A DNA stretch of 63,924 nucleotides, the filler included, from Vicugna vicugna (taxonomy: Eukaryota): assembly GCA_013265495.1 (NCBI GenBank). It is 74 parts of 71 records of this genome, joined end to end, with 100 filler letters (N's around TTAATTAATTAA, not from the genome) between each part and the next. Parts side by side here need not be neighbours in the genome. Positions count along the whole stretch, not along the records: positions 23,667 to 24,876 come from MU062065.1; positions 24,977 to 25,784 come from MU062066.1; positions 25,885 to 26,592 come from PNXW01022223.1; positions 26,693 to 27,753 come from MU062067.1; positions 27,854 to 28,484 come from PNXW01022227.1; positions 28,585 to 29,001 come from PNXW01022230.1; positions 29,102 to 29,575 come from PNXW01022231.1; positions 29,676 to 30,491 come from MU062068.1; 66 more parts are not named here. One strand, 5' to 3'. A program made the position numbers and the translations under genes. This document shows positions 23,667 to 35,872 of the stretch, piece after piece; the first letter of the stretch is position 1, and the number at the start of each line of letters is the position of its first letter. The notes beneath the pieces are model-generated. The model made no database searches and was not told the origin of the DNA. It saw only the letters and a program-made list of their open reading frames with translations.

Positions 23667-24876
23667 AGTATTCTGTATTCTATATTCTAAATTCTCTATT
23701 CTGCATTCCAAATTCTAAATTCTTTATTAAGTTTTCTGTATTCTATATTCTATATTGTGTGATCGACATTCTATATTCTAAATTCTATATTCAGTATTCT
23801 GTATTCTACATTCTAAATTCTGTGTTCTGTATTCTATATTCTAAATTCTATATTCATTATTCTGTATTCTATATTCTAAATTCTGTGTTCTANNNNNNNN
23901 NNNNNNNNNNNNNNNNNNNNNNNNNNNNNNNNNNNNNNNNNNNNNNNNNNNNNNNNNNNNNNNNNNNNNNNNNNNNNNNNNNNNNNNNNNNNNNNNNNNN
24001 NNNNNNNNNNNNNNNNNNNNNNNNNNNNNNNNNNNNNNNNNNNNNNNNNNNNNNNNNNNNNNNNNNNNNNNNNNNNNNNNNNNNNNNNNNNNNNNNNNNN
24101 NNNNNNNNNNNNNNNNNNNNNNNATTCTAAATTCTATATTCAGTATTCTGTATTCTATAATCGGAATTCTGTGTTCTGCATTCCAAGTTCTAAATTCAGT
24201 GTTCTGTATTCTGGTTTCCATATTCTAAATTCTATGTTCTACATTCTATATTTTTTATTCTATACCTGCATTCCGTATTCTTTATTCTACATTCTGTGTT
24301 CTACGTTCTATATTCTATATTCTGTATTCAGTATTCTGTATTCTATATTCTAAATTCTGTGTTCTGCTTTCCATGTTCTAAATTCTTGGTTCTGTATTCT
24401 GTTTCCCATATTCTCTACTTTGTGTTCTACTTTCGATATTCTGTATATTATATTCTGCATTTTGTGTTCTATATTCTATATTCTGTGTTCTACAATCTAT
24501 ATTCAAAATTCTATATTCAGTATTCTGTATTCTATATTCTAAATTCTGTGTTCTGCATTCCATGTTCTAAATTCTGGGTTCTATATTCTCTATTCTCTAT
24601 GCTATATTCTGGGGTCTACATTCTATAGTCTAAATTCTATATTCAGTATTCTGTTTTCTATATTCTAAATTCTGTGTTCTGCATTCCATGTTCTAAATTC
24701 TGTGTTCTGTATTTGTATATTTTCTGTGTCCTACATTCTATATTCTAAATCCTATATTCAGTATTCTGTATTCTATATACTAAATTCTAAATTCTGAGTT
24801 CTGCATTCCATGTTCTTAATTCTGGGTTTTATATTCTCTATTCTCTATTCTCTATTCTGTGTTCTACATTCTTTAT
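23667..24876 (+). repeat. AT-rich heptamer satellite
   Basis: TTCTATA/TTCTAAA/TTCTGTG units. Confidence 0.95.
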
Positions 24877-24976
24877 NNNNNNNNNNNNNNNNNNNNNNNN
24901 NNNNNNNNNNNNNNNNNNNNTTAATTAATTAANNNNNNNNNNNNNNNNNNNNNNNNNNNNNNNNNNNNNNNNNNNN

Positions 24977-25784
24977 CTCTATTCTATATTTTGTGCTCAT
25001 TATACTATATTCTATATCCTATATTCTGCATTCCATACTCTATATTCTATATTCTGTTTTCTTCATTCTATATTCTAAATTCTATATTCAGTATTCTCTA
25101 TTTTATATTCCAAATTCTGTGTTCTGCATTCCATGTTCTAAAATCTATTTTCAGTATTATGTATTCTATATTCTAAATTCTGAGTTCTGTTTCCATGTTC
25201 TAAATTCTATATTCAGTATTCTGTATTCTATATTCTAATTGTTGTGTTCCTCATTCTATGTTCTAAATTCTATATTCAGTATTCTTTAATGTATATTCTA
25301 AATTCTGTGTTCTGCATTACATGTTCAAAATTCTGGGTTCTAAATTCTCCATTCTATATTCTATATATGTGTCTTTAATTCTATATTCTACATACTATAT
25401 TCTGCATTCCGTTTTCTATACTCTATATTCTGTGTTTTATATTGTATATTCTAAATTTTATATTCAGTATTGTGTATTTTATATTCTAGATTCTGTGTTC
25501 TGAATTCCATGTTGTAAATTCTGGGTTATGTATTCTGTTTTCCATATTCTATATTTTGTGTTCTACATTCTATATTCTGTATTCTATATTCTACATTCCN
25601 NNNNNNNNNNNNNNNNNNNNNNNNNNNNNNNNNNNNNNNNNNNNNNNNNNNNNNNNNNNNNNNNNNNNNNNNTATTATAAATGTTCTACATTCCATCTTC
25701 TAATTTCTGGGTTCTATATTGCCTATTCTACATTCTAAGTCCTGTGTTCTACATTCCATGTTCAAAATTCTGGGTTCTATAATC
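24977..25784 (+). repeat. AT-rich heptamer satellite
   Basis: Same 7-bp units. Confidence 0.95.
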
Positions 25785-25999
25785 NNNNNNNNNNNNNNNN
25801 NNNNNNNNNNNNNNNNNNNNNNNNNNNNTTAATTAATTAANNNNNNNNNNNNNNNNNNNNNNNNNNNNNNNNNNNNNNNNNNNNAGGTCCAGGAGACCCC
25901 TGGAACTCCCACTCCCCAGTCCCAGCCCCCGTTTAGTGAGATGTCTGCCCTCGCACCCTCTCCCGCCACCACCCCGTCACCAAGCCAGCTCCACCAGAG

Positions 26000-26300
26000 G
26001 AGGAAGGGCTAAGTTCGGAAACCTCGGAACCCCTCCTACTTCGAAGGGCCTGTTTCTGGGGAAGTCGGTCTGTCCAGAAGGCGGAAGGTGAGTGCGTGGG
26101 TGGGGAGGAGGGTCTTTCTCTTAGAGTCGCCTCCGCGGGGGAGGAGCCGCCCTGACTCGGCCCCGCCCACTCTGGGCAGGATCTGGGGCGGGTCTTGGTT
26201 GGCTCCGCTCAGAGAGCACCTACCCTGGCCCGGCCCCCATCCCCAACTGACCCGGCTTGATCCAGCTCAGCCCCGAGGTGTTTGAGGCAGCCATCTGTTA
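26000..26300 (+). promoter_or_regulatory. GC-rich promoter/first-exon-like segment
   Basis: Consensus donor AAG|GTGAGT at 26088, GC boxes near 26160 and 26185, raised CpG. Confidence 0.4.
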
Positions 26301-27019
26301 CCTGCGTTGCTTCCTGGGGCGGGATAGTCCCCCTCGAGACGCTCCAGAGACCTGGGGAGTGTGCTGCCAGGAGTCTGGGGGATCCTGTGGGCTCCAGGCT
26401 GGGCCCCAGCAATGACCACTTCCTAGGGATCCTCCCAACCCCGGGTAAGGTCCCCTGGGAAACTGCCTCCTTGGACCTCACTAGGTTCCTCACTTACAGT
26501 GAATGAATTCTGTCTTCTTAGGGCTCTTGTCACTCAGCCTCCTTGCCTGGGCCTTGTCCTCTCTCCCAGGTGGATGGGACAGGACACCCTGGNNNNNNNN
26601 NNNNNNNNNNNNNNNNNNNNNNNNNNNNNNNNNNNNTTAATTAATTAANNNNNNNNNNNNNNNNNNNNNNNNNNNNNNNNNNNNNNNNNNNNATAAAAGC
26701 CAGTTGAAAATTTTATCACTAGGTCAAATGGCACAATACCGTCTGAAGAAAAAGGATTCAAATTTAAAAGAAGAAGTGGTTTGAATCAAGTAGAAATTAT
26801 GATTTCTAAACTATTTGGTGTAAGAACTTATACTCAGTCTTATCATAATTGCCGGTGGTAGGAAGTGGATCATTATTTATTTATTAAAAAAAAATCCACA
26901 AGGTGCTATTTTCCCCATTCTTGATGCGGCAGTCCTGTGGTTAGTTAAGTTGGGACAATTTAGGAAAATTAGCTAGGATTTCCGGACATTGATTTCAGCC
27001 ACTTTATCTTTACTACAAT

Positions 27020-27753
27020 CTCTTCTTTTGTGTCGGCATGTGGTCCATATATATATATGGGGAGGAACAACCTCCAACTCGGTATTAATGTGCAAACCGC
27101 AGGAACTTCAAACCGGCACTACGAAACAGACTGAGAAACCAGAGTAAGGGTTTCTCCTGCAACACGTTCCCTTTGTGCTGGATGAACGAAAGTCTCTCCA
27201 CATGCTCAGTTCTGAGAGATAAGTGTGTGTGGAAGCCGTCCTTNNNNNNNNNNNNNNNNNNNNNNNNNNNNNNNNNNNNNNNNNNNNNNNNNNNNNNNNN
27301 NNNNNNNNNNNNNNNNNNNNNNNNNNNNNNNNNNNNNNNNNNNNNNNNNNNNNNNNNNNNNNNNNNNNNNNNNNNNNNNNNNNNNNNNNNNNNNNNNNNN
27401 NNNNNNNNNNNNNNNNNNNNNNNNNNNNNNNNNNNNNNNNNNNNNNNNNNNNNNNNNNNNNNNNNNNNNNNNNNNNNNNNNNNNNNNNNNNNNNNNNNNN
27501 NNNNNNNNNNNNNNNNNNNNNNNNNNNNNNNNNNNNNNNNNNNNNNNNNNNNNNNNNNNNNNNNNNNNNNNNNNNNNNNNNNNNNNNNNNNNNNNNNNNN
27601 NNNNNNNNNNNNNNNNNNNNNNNNNNNNNNNNNNNNNNNNNNNNNNNNNNNNNNNNNNNNNNNNNNNNNNNNNNNNNNNNNNNNNNNNNNCCCAGTTCTG
27701 AGAGATATGTGTGTATGAAAGCCGTACTTCACCTAGCTTGAAGGGAACACAAA
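27020..27753 (+). repeat. Sat-D ~249-bp satellite (edge of an array)
   Basis: aaaccggcacta.gaaacagactgagaaaccagagtaagggtttctcctgc shared with 44509-45393. Confidence 0.92.
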
Positions 27754-28584
27754 NNNNNNNNNNNNNNNNNNNNNNNNNNNNNNNNNNNNNNNNNNNNTTA
27801 ATTAATTAANNNNNNNNNNNNNNNNNNNNNNNNNNNNNNNNNNNNNNNNNNNNGCTATAGTGTTTAATGAAATCGACTAATATTTAATTACTTTTAAACT
27901 TTTATATCACTGTATTTAAATTTTTAAGGGGAATTTTCATCCACCACTAACCAAAATTTGACTTTAGGACCAAAATATAAGAGAATTTCTATCTTCTAAC
28001 AAATTGCCCACTGGCCTTTTAAACACGTGATTCTTTAAAAAAGATTAGTGCTGGTGTGAAAATAAACAGGATTCATATAATCTCACCAGACACAATGAAT
28101 GTGGAAAGACTAAGGAAGAAAAACAAAAAGCCATTCCTAACATCTTGAACCTTACGTTGCTCACAGGAGAAAATGTTAGCCAAGGTGAGTGTCACATCAA
28201 CATGACGCCTGAGTAGGATGGGGAAGCTGATCTTCCTCATCAGCCATTTATGCTGATTTGCTAGATGCCAACACAGTTTCCTCATTGGATTTGCTTCTAA
28301 TAAGTATGGGACAGTTTAGGCTCTACCAAAAGCAGACTAAACATTTTCTTCTGCTGTCAGGTCTCTGGACTGAATGTCCCCACAGGAAGGACATGATTAT
28401 ATTTCATATGAAAAGTCTTCCTGAGAAACAACAAACTTTTAGAGGGCAGAACTGCAGGTCCCCTGTGGAGGACAGGAGGAGGGCNNNNNNNNNNNNNNNN
28501 NNNNNNNNNNNNNNNNNNNNNNNNNNNNTTAATTAATTAANNNNNNNNNNNNNNNNNNNNNNNNNNNNNNNNNNNNNNNNNNNN

Positions 28585-29001
28585 CTCAAAGGTGAAAAGC
28601 TGAAAGACTTCCCACTAAAATCTGGAAAGAGACAAGGATGCCCATTCGCATCACTTCTATTCAATATAGTACTAGAAGTCCTAGCCATAGCAGTTAGACA
28701 AGAAAAAGAAATAAAAGGGATCCAAATTAGAAGAGAAGAGGTAAAACTGTCATTACATGCAGATGACATGATACTATATATATAAAAAACCCTAAAGGCT
28801 CCACACAGAAACTACTAGAGCTGATAAAGGATTCAGCAAGGTAGCAGGAAGCAACATCAACATACAGAAATAAGCTATATCTCTTTACACTAACAAAGAA
28901 ATAGCAGGAACAGAAAGTTAAGAAACAATCCCTTTTAAAATTACATCCCCAAAAATAAACACTTAGGAATAAACCTGGCCAAGGAAGTGAAAGATTTATA
29001 C
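28585..29001 (+). mobile_element. LINE-1 ORF2 RT core fragment
   Basis: [59 protein letters not shown]. Confidence 0.97.
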
Positions 29002-30411
29002 NNNNNNNNNNNNNNNNNNNNNNNNNNNNNNNNNNNNNNNNNNNNTTAATTAATTAANNNNNNNNNNNNNNNNNNNNNNNNNNNNNNNNNNNNNNNNNNN
29101 NCTCCAGGATTGTTGTGTAGGAACCTCACATCCACACATCTCCCTTACAAATGCTTTCCATTGCGTAACCCACAGGCTGAGACTTGGGGTGGGGCGACCA
29201 TATTCTCCACATCAGCGTCCTTTGTTTCCCTCCCCAGTGATGTCCCGGGGCACGTGGTCCTGACCAGTCCTCGGAATGTCCTGTAGGCAGACATGGAGCC
29301 GTTCTTGGCATCTCAAGCTGAGAATCTGCCCCAGTTGGAGAAGCCCAGCCTGGTCCACGTCTGTCTTGCACACACTTGCCCTGACTCGCTGTAGGACACA
29401 GCTCTGTTCCCACCTCAGGGTCCAGGCTCCTGTCCTCCCTGCCCTGAGACCACATGCTTCCTGCTGAGCCTCCAGTCGTGGCAGGACTCCCTCCCTTCTT
29501 CATGGGCACCGGAGTTGAGACACACAATGTTCAGACATTCATTGTCACTTCTGGACCCCAAGATCCATGTTCCTTNNNNNNNNNNNNNNNNNNNNNNNNN
29601 NNNNNNNNNNNNNNNNNNNTTAATTAATTAANNNNNNNNNNNNNNNNNNNNNNNNNNNNNNNNNNNNNNNNNNNNCAAGTTTAATATCCATATAAAAATC
29701 AGAAATCTTCCAAACTGAAGTCTGAACAAACATTTCCTTTTTGTCCTTCCAGTCTGTCTGCCATCTGCATCCCACATCCCCACTGCTCATCTGCGTCAGG
29801 CCACATTCTATCTAGAAACATTTCCGGTGGGACACTTGGATAAGAACTAATTACAGCAGTAATGAAACTGGTCCCATGAACGNNNNNNNNNNNNNNNNNN
29901 NNNNNNNNNNNNNNNNNNNNNNNNNNNNNNNNNNNNNNNNNNNNNNNNNNNNNNNNNNNNNNNNNNNNNNNNNNNNNNNNNNNNNNNNNNNNNNNNNNNN
30001 NNNNNNNNNNNNNNNNNNNNNNNNNNNNNNNNNNNNNNNNNNNNNNNNNNNNNNNNNNNNNNNNNNNNNNNNNNNNNNNNNNNNNNNNNNNNNNNNNNNN
30101 NNNNNNNNNNNNNNNNNNNNNNNNNNNNNNNNNNNNNNNNNNNNNNNNNNNNNNNNNNNNNNNNNNNNNNNNNNNNNNNNNNNNNNNNNNNNNNNNNNNN
30201 NNNNNNNNNNNNNNNNNNNNNNTCAGAGCAGAAAGGTGAGCTGGGCCTGGAGACAGCCAAGCTCCTCTGCTGTGTAGTGACCCTCTGAGAAGGAAGGGTT
30301 GGCCCAGGGCTTCCTCTGACTCTCTCCCTCAGTTATAAACTCTATGAAGGGAAAATGGAACAAAAATCTAAATTCAATATGGTATTGTCAAAGTATAAAC
30401 ATAATTGTCTT

Positions 30412-30491
30412 TGGAGGTGATGGTATAGTTCAAGGGGTACAGTACATGCTGGATTCAATTTGCGGTATCTCAATGTAAAAAAATAATAAGA
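30412..30491 (+). mobile_element. Degenerate tRNA-derived SINE (Vic-1-like)
   Basis: ggtatagttcaaggggtacagtacatgct (A-box-like), ggattcaat (B-box-like), A-rich tail. Confidence 0.55.
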
Positions 30492-31271
30492 NNNNNNNNN
30501 NNNNNNNNNNNNNNNNNNNNNNNNNNNNNNNNNNNTTAATTAATTAANNNNNNNNNNNNNNNNNNNNNNNNNNNNNNNNNNNNNNNNNNNNTTGTCACGT
30601 AGGTGGGAGGGAAAGTGGGAGAGGGAGCGGGTTGAAGTGAAGCCGAGCTTCTTACAGCTCTGTTGTTCTAGGACCAGAGCATTTCCACTCTTGGTTTCAT
30701 CACCTCTCCACCTCCAAGTCCCAGCCACCCACTCCTGCCTGCTTCCCCACATGCCACGTCCTAGGGGAGGACAGGGCGGTGGGCAATGCGCCCTCCGCCC
30801 TCTGACCTGGGAGGTGCATGAGTCTGCTTTAACTTTTGAGCTGTTTTGGTAATTGGGCTTTTCCAGATTTTCTAGACTTCTCCTTTCCAGCTCTGAGAAA
30901 TTGGAGATATAACTTAACCATACATGGACTATACTAATGTATTCAGTGGCATTAATGTGATGTTGTCTGTAAGGTGTTCTGTGACTGCATAGGAGGTATT
31001 TTATCTCACAGGATGCTTCACATCCAATTCTAAAGGCCTACAGGCTGCAGGTGTAATTCAAGTTCTTACATGTCTGTAAGGCAGACATGAACATTATTTG
31101 ATAATATATGTCCGTCGGCTCTGTAGCTAATAAAAGTTTAAATTCCAAACACTTGAAGAAAATTTGCAGAANNNNNNNNNNNNNNNNNNNNNNNNNNNNN
31201 NNNNNNNNNNNNNNNTTAATTAATTAANNNNNNNNNNNNNNNNNNNNNNNNNNNNNNNNNNNNNNNNNNNN

Positions 31272-31481
31272 AGTCCTTTTAAAACCTTGAAAAAAAAAAG
31301 GGGGTGTGGGGAGATGTATATATGTGTTTGAAGACTGTGTCTAATCAATAACAGGACATTAAAACCCAAGAGAAATAGAAATGAATTAAGAAGTAAAAAT
31401 TAAAAGAGTAATTGAAAATAGAACAGGTAAAAACCAATTAAAACAAAAAAAAACAGAAACAAAAACAGAAAACAAAAAAAC

Positions 31482-31512
<31 letters not shown>

Positions 31513-32104
31513 AAAAAAGGGGGGGNNNNNNNNNNNNNNNNNNNNNNNNNTGGAGTCTGTGTGCTTTTAATGTGAAGTCCTTCTGTCTTCGTCCTGTTTT
31601 GGAAGCTCAGCTTGTTTTCATAGGCCCTCCGTTGGCGCCCTCTTCTGTGCTGCTCCCAGCACCTGTTGGCAAGCAGATCGCGCCTCCTCCTAACACGGGG
31701 TCAGGTGCAGCTCTCCTCTGCTGCGGGCGGGCGGGTCACTGCCCCTTTGGATGCCGCAGACAGATGTTGCAGACTGGCCAGGCAGGAGGACGGGTCGTGC
31801 CCCTTCCCAGCACCTCGGTCAGGGGTTGTGTTCCTGCCCGACAGGCAGGGGGCCGCTCTCCCCCTGCCTGCACCGCAGGTAGCTCCGCTGCTCTGTGCGG
31901 CTGCGCGCTCTACGCCGGCGCTCTGCCCTGGCCGGCGCTCCGCGGGTGGGCTCGGGGAAGACCCAGGTTCAGCCTCGTGCCTGCTCCAAGCCAAGACCCA
32001 GCTGCTTGTTTGTCTTTGTGGAGCAAGTTCTCTGGGGTACCAGAATGGAAGGGTCCTATCTGCCCAGGGCTGTAGGCCCGTCTCAGTCTGGCCCTTGAGG
32101 CTGC
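31272..32104 (-). mobile_element. LINE-1 5'UTR (GC-rich promoter plus T-rich spacer toward ORF1)
   Basis: Near-identical to 54241-54866; CpG-rich block followed on the minus strand by (TTTTG)n and a T-rich tract, the usual L1 5'UTR layout. Confidence 0.75.
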
Positions 32105-32204
32105 NNNNNNNNNNNNNNNNNNNNNNNNNNNNNNNNNNNNNNNNNNNNTTAATTAATTAANNNNNNNNNNNNNNNNNNNNNNNNNNNNNNNNNNNNNNNN
32201 NNNN

Positions 32205-33074
32205 TCCCCACGCTCAGGATTCCGGAAATATTGTCAGTGCTTGGGGAACACGAGAGACATCTAGACGCAGCTCTCTTCATTCACAGGTGTTCCCTGTTCG
32301 GGAAAGCCTGAGAAATACCTTCCGTGAACTTGTGGAGGCAGCCTCGGTGTCTGGGATATCCTGCAATCACCCCTAGCATTCCCTGGCACAGAGACATTAG
32401 GAAAACTTTCAGGGGAGACGAGCGTAGGCATTCCGATAGAACCCATGGTCTGCCGACCGTTGGTGGAACCTCCCCACGCTCAGGATTCCGGAACCATTGT
32501 CAGTGCGTGGGGGAGCTCGAGAGACAACTCCACACAGCTCTCTACAGTCACAGGTGTTCCCTGATCGGGGAAGTCCGAGAAATAACTTCCCTGACATTGG
32601 GGAGGCATCCTCTGACACTGGGATATCCTGCAATCACCCCTAGAGTTCCCTGGCACAGAGACATTAGGAAAACACTCAGGGGAGACGAGCTTAGGCATTC
32701 CGTTACAACCCACGCCCTGCCGACCGTTGGAGGAACCTCCCCACGCTCAGGATTCCGGAACAATTGTCAGTGAGTGGGGGAGCTCGAGAAGAAATTCCAC
32801 GCAGCTCTCTTCAGTCACAGGTGTTCCCTGTTCGGGGAAGTCCGAGAAATAACTTCCCTGACTTTGGGGAGGCAGCCTCTGACACTGGGATAACCTGCAA
32901 TCACCCCTAGCATTCCCTGGCACTGAGACATTAGGAAAAGGAGCTTAGGCATTCCGTTAGAACCCACGCGCTGCCCACCGTTGGTGGAACCTACCCACGA
33001 TCAGGATTCCGGAACCAATGTCAGTGCGAGTGGGAGCTCGAGAGACAACTCCACGGAGCTCTCTTCAGTCACAG
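32205..33074 (-). repeat. Sat-A, reverse orientation, >3 monomers
   Basis: ccccacgctcaggattccggaa at ~32206, 32473 and 32740; ~14-bp deletion near 32940. Confidence 0.97.
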
Positions 33075-33174
33075 NNNNNNNNNNNNNNNNNNNNNNNNNN
33101 NNNNNNNNNNNNNNNNNNTTAATTAATTAANNNNNNNNNNNNNNNNNNNNNNNNNNNNNNNNNNNNNNNNNNNN

Positions 33175-34231
33175 TGCAGGGAAGTTCCTCCAACTGACAG
33201 CAGCGCCTGGATTCTAATTAAATCCCCTTGCTTGTCTTCCCTGATGGAAAGACTAGGCGGGAGTGCGGGGGACAGTGTGGTTTGGGTTCCAAAACCAAGT
33301 ATTTGCGATGACCTCTCTATGGTTTGTGGAGTTGTTTAAACTACATCCCTAACCTGGGAACACCTGTGCCCCCATAAATATCCGTGGAGTCTGTTTACAC
33401 ACCTCCAGCACACACACGAACACTTGCACAGTTATCCTGAGGGTGGGCAGCCTCCTCCAACTGAGAGCAGGGCCTTGGTTCTTATAACATCGCTTAACTT
33501 GTCTACCCTGTTTGGTTCTCTTACACGGAGTGCTGGGGAAAGGGTGGGTTGNNNNNNNNNNNNNNNNNNNNNNNNNNNNNNNNNNNNNNNNNNNNNNNNN
33601 NNNNNNNNNNNNNNNNNNNNNNNNNNNNNNNNNNNNNNNNNNNNNNNNNNNNNNNNNNNNNNNNNNNNNNNNNNNNNNNNNNNNNNNNNNNNNNNNNNNN
33701 NNNNNNNNNNNNNNNNNNNNNNNNNNNNNNNNNNNNNNNNNNNNNNNNNNNNNNNNNNNNNNNNNNNNNNNNNNNNNNNNNNNNNNNNNNNNNNNNNNNN
33801 NNNNNNNNNNNNNNNNNNNNNNNNNNNNNNNNNNNNNNNNNNNNNNNNNNNNNNNNNNNNNNNNNNNNNNNNNNNNNNNNNNNNNNNNNNNNNNNNNNNN
33901 NNNNNNNNNNNNNNNNNNNNNNNNNNNNNNNNNNNNNNNNNNNNNNNNNNNNNNNNNNNNNNNNNNNNNNNNNNNNNNNNNNNNNNNNNNNNNNNNNNNN
34001 NNNNNNNNNNNNNNNNNNNNNNNNNNNNNNNNNCTAGGCCAGTGTGTGGTTGAAAGTGGGATTTGGGATCTAAAACTAAGTATTAGCGTGTGCCTCTCCA
34101 TGGGCAGTGGAGATGTTTAAACTACAACCCACAACTTGGGAATTACTGTGACCCCTGAAAAATTCGTGTGCTATGTTTCCCCACAACCAGCACACACAGG
34201 AAGAAGTGTTCTGGGGTTCTGAATGTGTGGA
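33175..34231 (+). repeat. Sat-B
   Basis: 33302-33551 closely matches 39590-39838. Confidence 0.9.
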
Positions 34232-34924
34232 NNNNNNNNNNNNNNNNNNNNNNNNNNNNNNNNNNNNNNNNNNNNTTAATTAATTAANNNNNNNNNNNNN
34301 NNNNNNNNNNNNNNNNNNNNNNNNNNNNNNNATGCAATGCTGTGCTGGCCTCACGTGAATGGACTTCCTCCGGTGCCCGACAGTTCTGTAACCCTGAATG
34401 CGAGACTCAGGAGAATCAGCATGGCTCCTGGGAGTCCCCAAGTGACTGCCCACCAGCACGCTGACCACCATCACATCTGCCAGTGTTGTATTGTAGAGAA
34501 GAGATCAACTTCTAAAAAGCCCAGGAAATGTTGACAAGNNNNNNNNNNNNNNNNNNNNNNTGCGGTCAGTCCTGGGACAGAGGCCCTGAGAGCAGAGGCC
34601 AGAAGGCTGCAGGTGAACTGGAGTGGTCCTGGGGCAGGAAAGGACCACGGAGGAGCAGATCTTAATCCTCTACTCTCACTCCCTCGGGTAGAAGAGATAA
34701 AGTCTGCATCCTTCTCACATGGAACTGTGGGTTCCGGAGGGCAGGAGTCTTACCTACAGGGAATGATTACTCAAGACTTTGTGAGAAAAGTCGAGAAAGC
34801 GAGAGGTATTAGGGAGCCAACTCTNNNNNNNNNNNNNNNNNNNNNNNNNNNNNNNNNNNNNNNNNNNNTTAATTAATTAANNNNNNNNNNNNNNNNNNNN
34901 NNNNNNNNNNNNNNNNNNNNNNNN

Positions 34925-35772
34925 GCGCCCCAGGCCAGGCCCCCGCGACCACTGGTCCAAACCGCTCCACAAACAAGGCCCCTGTGACCACTGGCCCAAA
35001 TCGTGCCCCAGGCTAGACCCCCGAGACCACTGGTCCAAACCGCTCCCCAGACCAGGTCCCCGCAACCACTGGCCCAAACCGCTCCCCAGACCAGGTCCCC
35101 GCAACCACTGGCCCAAACCGCTCCCCAGACCAGGTCCCCGCAACCACTGGCCCAAACCGCTCCCCAGACCAGGTCCCCGCAACCACTGGCCCAAACCGCT
35201 CCCCAGACCAGGTCCCCGCAACCACTGGCCCAAACCGCTCCCCAGACCAGGTCCCCGCAACCACTGGCCCAAACCGCTCCCCAAACCAGGCCCCCACGAC
35301 CACTGGCCCAAACCGTTCCACAAACAAGGCCCCTGTAACCACTGGCCCGATGTGCGACCCAGGCAAGACCCCCACGACCACTGGCCCAAACCACGCCCGA
35401 GCCAGGATCCCGTAGCCACTGACCCAAACGGCTCCCCAGGCCAGGCCCCCGCGACCACTGACCCAAACCGCAACCCAGACCAGGTCCCCGCGACCACTGG
35501 CCCAAACCGCTCCCGAGGCCAGGCCCCCGTGACCACTGGTCCAAACAGCTCCCAAGGCCAGGCCCCCGCGACCACTGGCCCAAACCGCTCCCCACGCCAG
35601 GCCCCCACGACCACAGGCCCANNNNNNNNNNNNNNNNNNNNNNNNNNNNNNNNNNNNNNNNNNNCCAGGCCCCCGTGACCACTGGCCCAAACCGCTCCCA
35701 AGACAAGGCCACCGCGACCACTGGCAAAAAACCCTCCCCAGACTAGGCCACGCGACCACTGACCCAAACCGC
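34925..35772 (+). repeat. 39-bp GC-rich minisatellite (VNTR)
   Basis: Unit ACCAGGTCCCCGCAACCACTGGCCCAAACCGCTCCCCAG; ~6 essentially perfect copies at 35051-35284 with diverged flanking copies. Confidence 0.96.
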
Positions 35773-35872
35773 NNNNNNNNNNNNNNNNNNNNNNNNNNNN
35801 NNNNNNNNNNNNNNNNTTAATTAATTAANNNNNNNNNNNNNNNNNNNNNNNNNNNNNNNNNNNNNNNNNNNN

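Noticed and set aside
30412..30491. tRNA-like sequence
   Set aside because: There is no complete cloverleaf; the internal deletion and A-rich tail indicate a SINE relic.
31572..32075. 167-aa ORF conserved with the 172-aa ORF at 54320-54838
   Set aside because: Both lie antisense in two copies of the same GC-rich L1-type 5'UTR and start at non-ATG codons. Repeat identity and GC content explain the similarity; there is no evidence of an ORF0-like product.
32324..32773. 149-aa ORF with an internal 89-aa repeat
   Set aside because: It is a read-through of Sat-A; 267 bp equals 89 codons, so the frame persists. Other monomers carry stops and indels.
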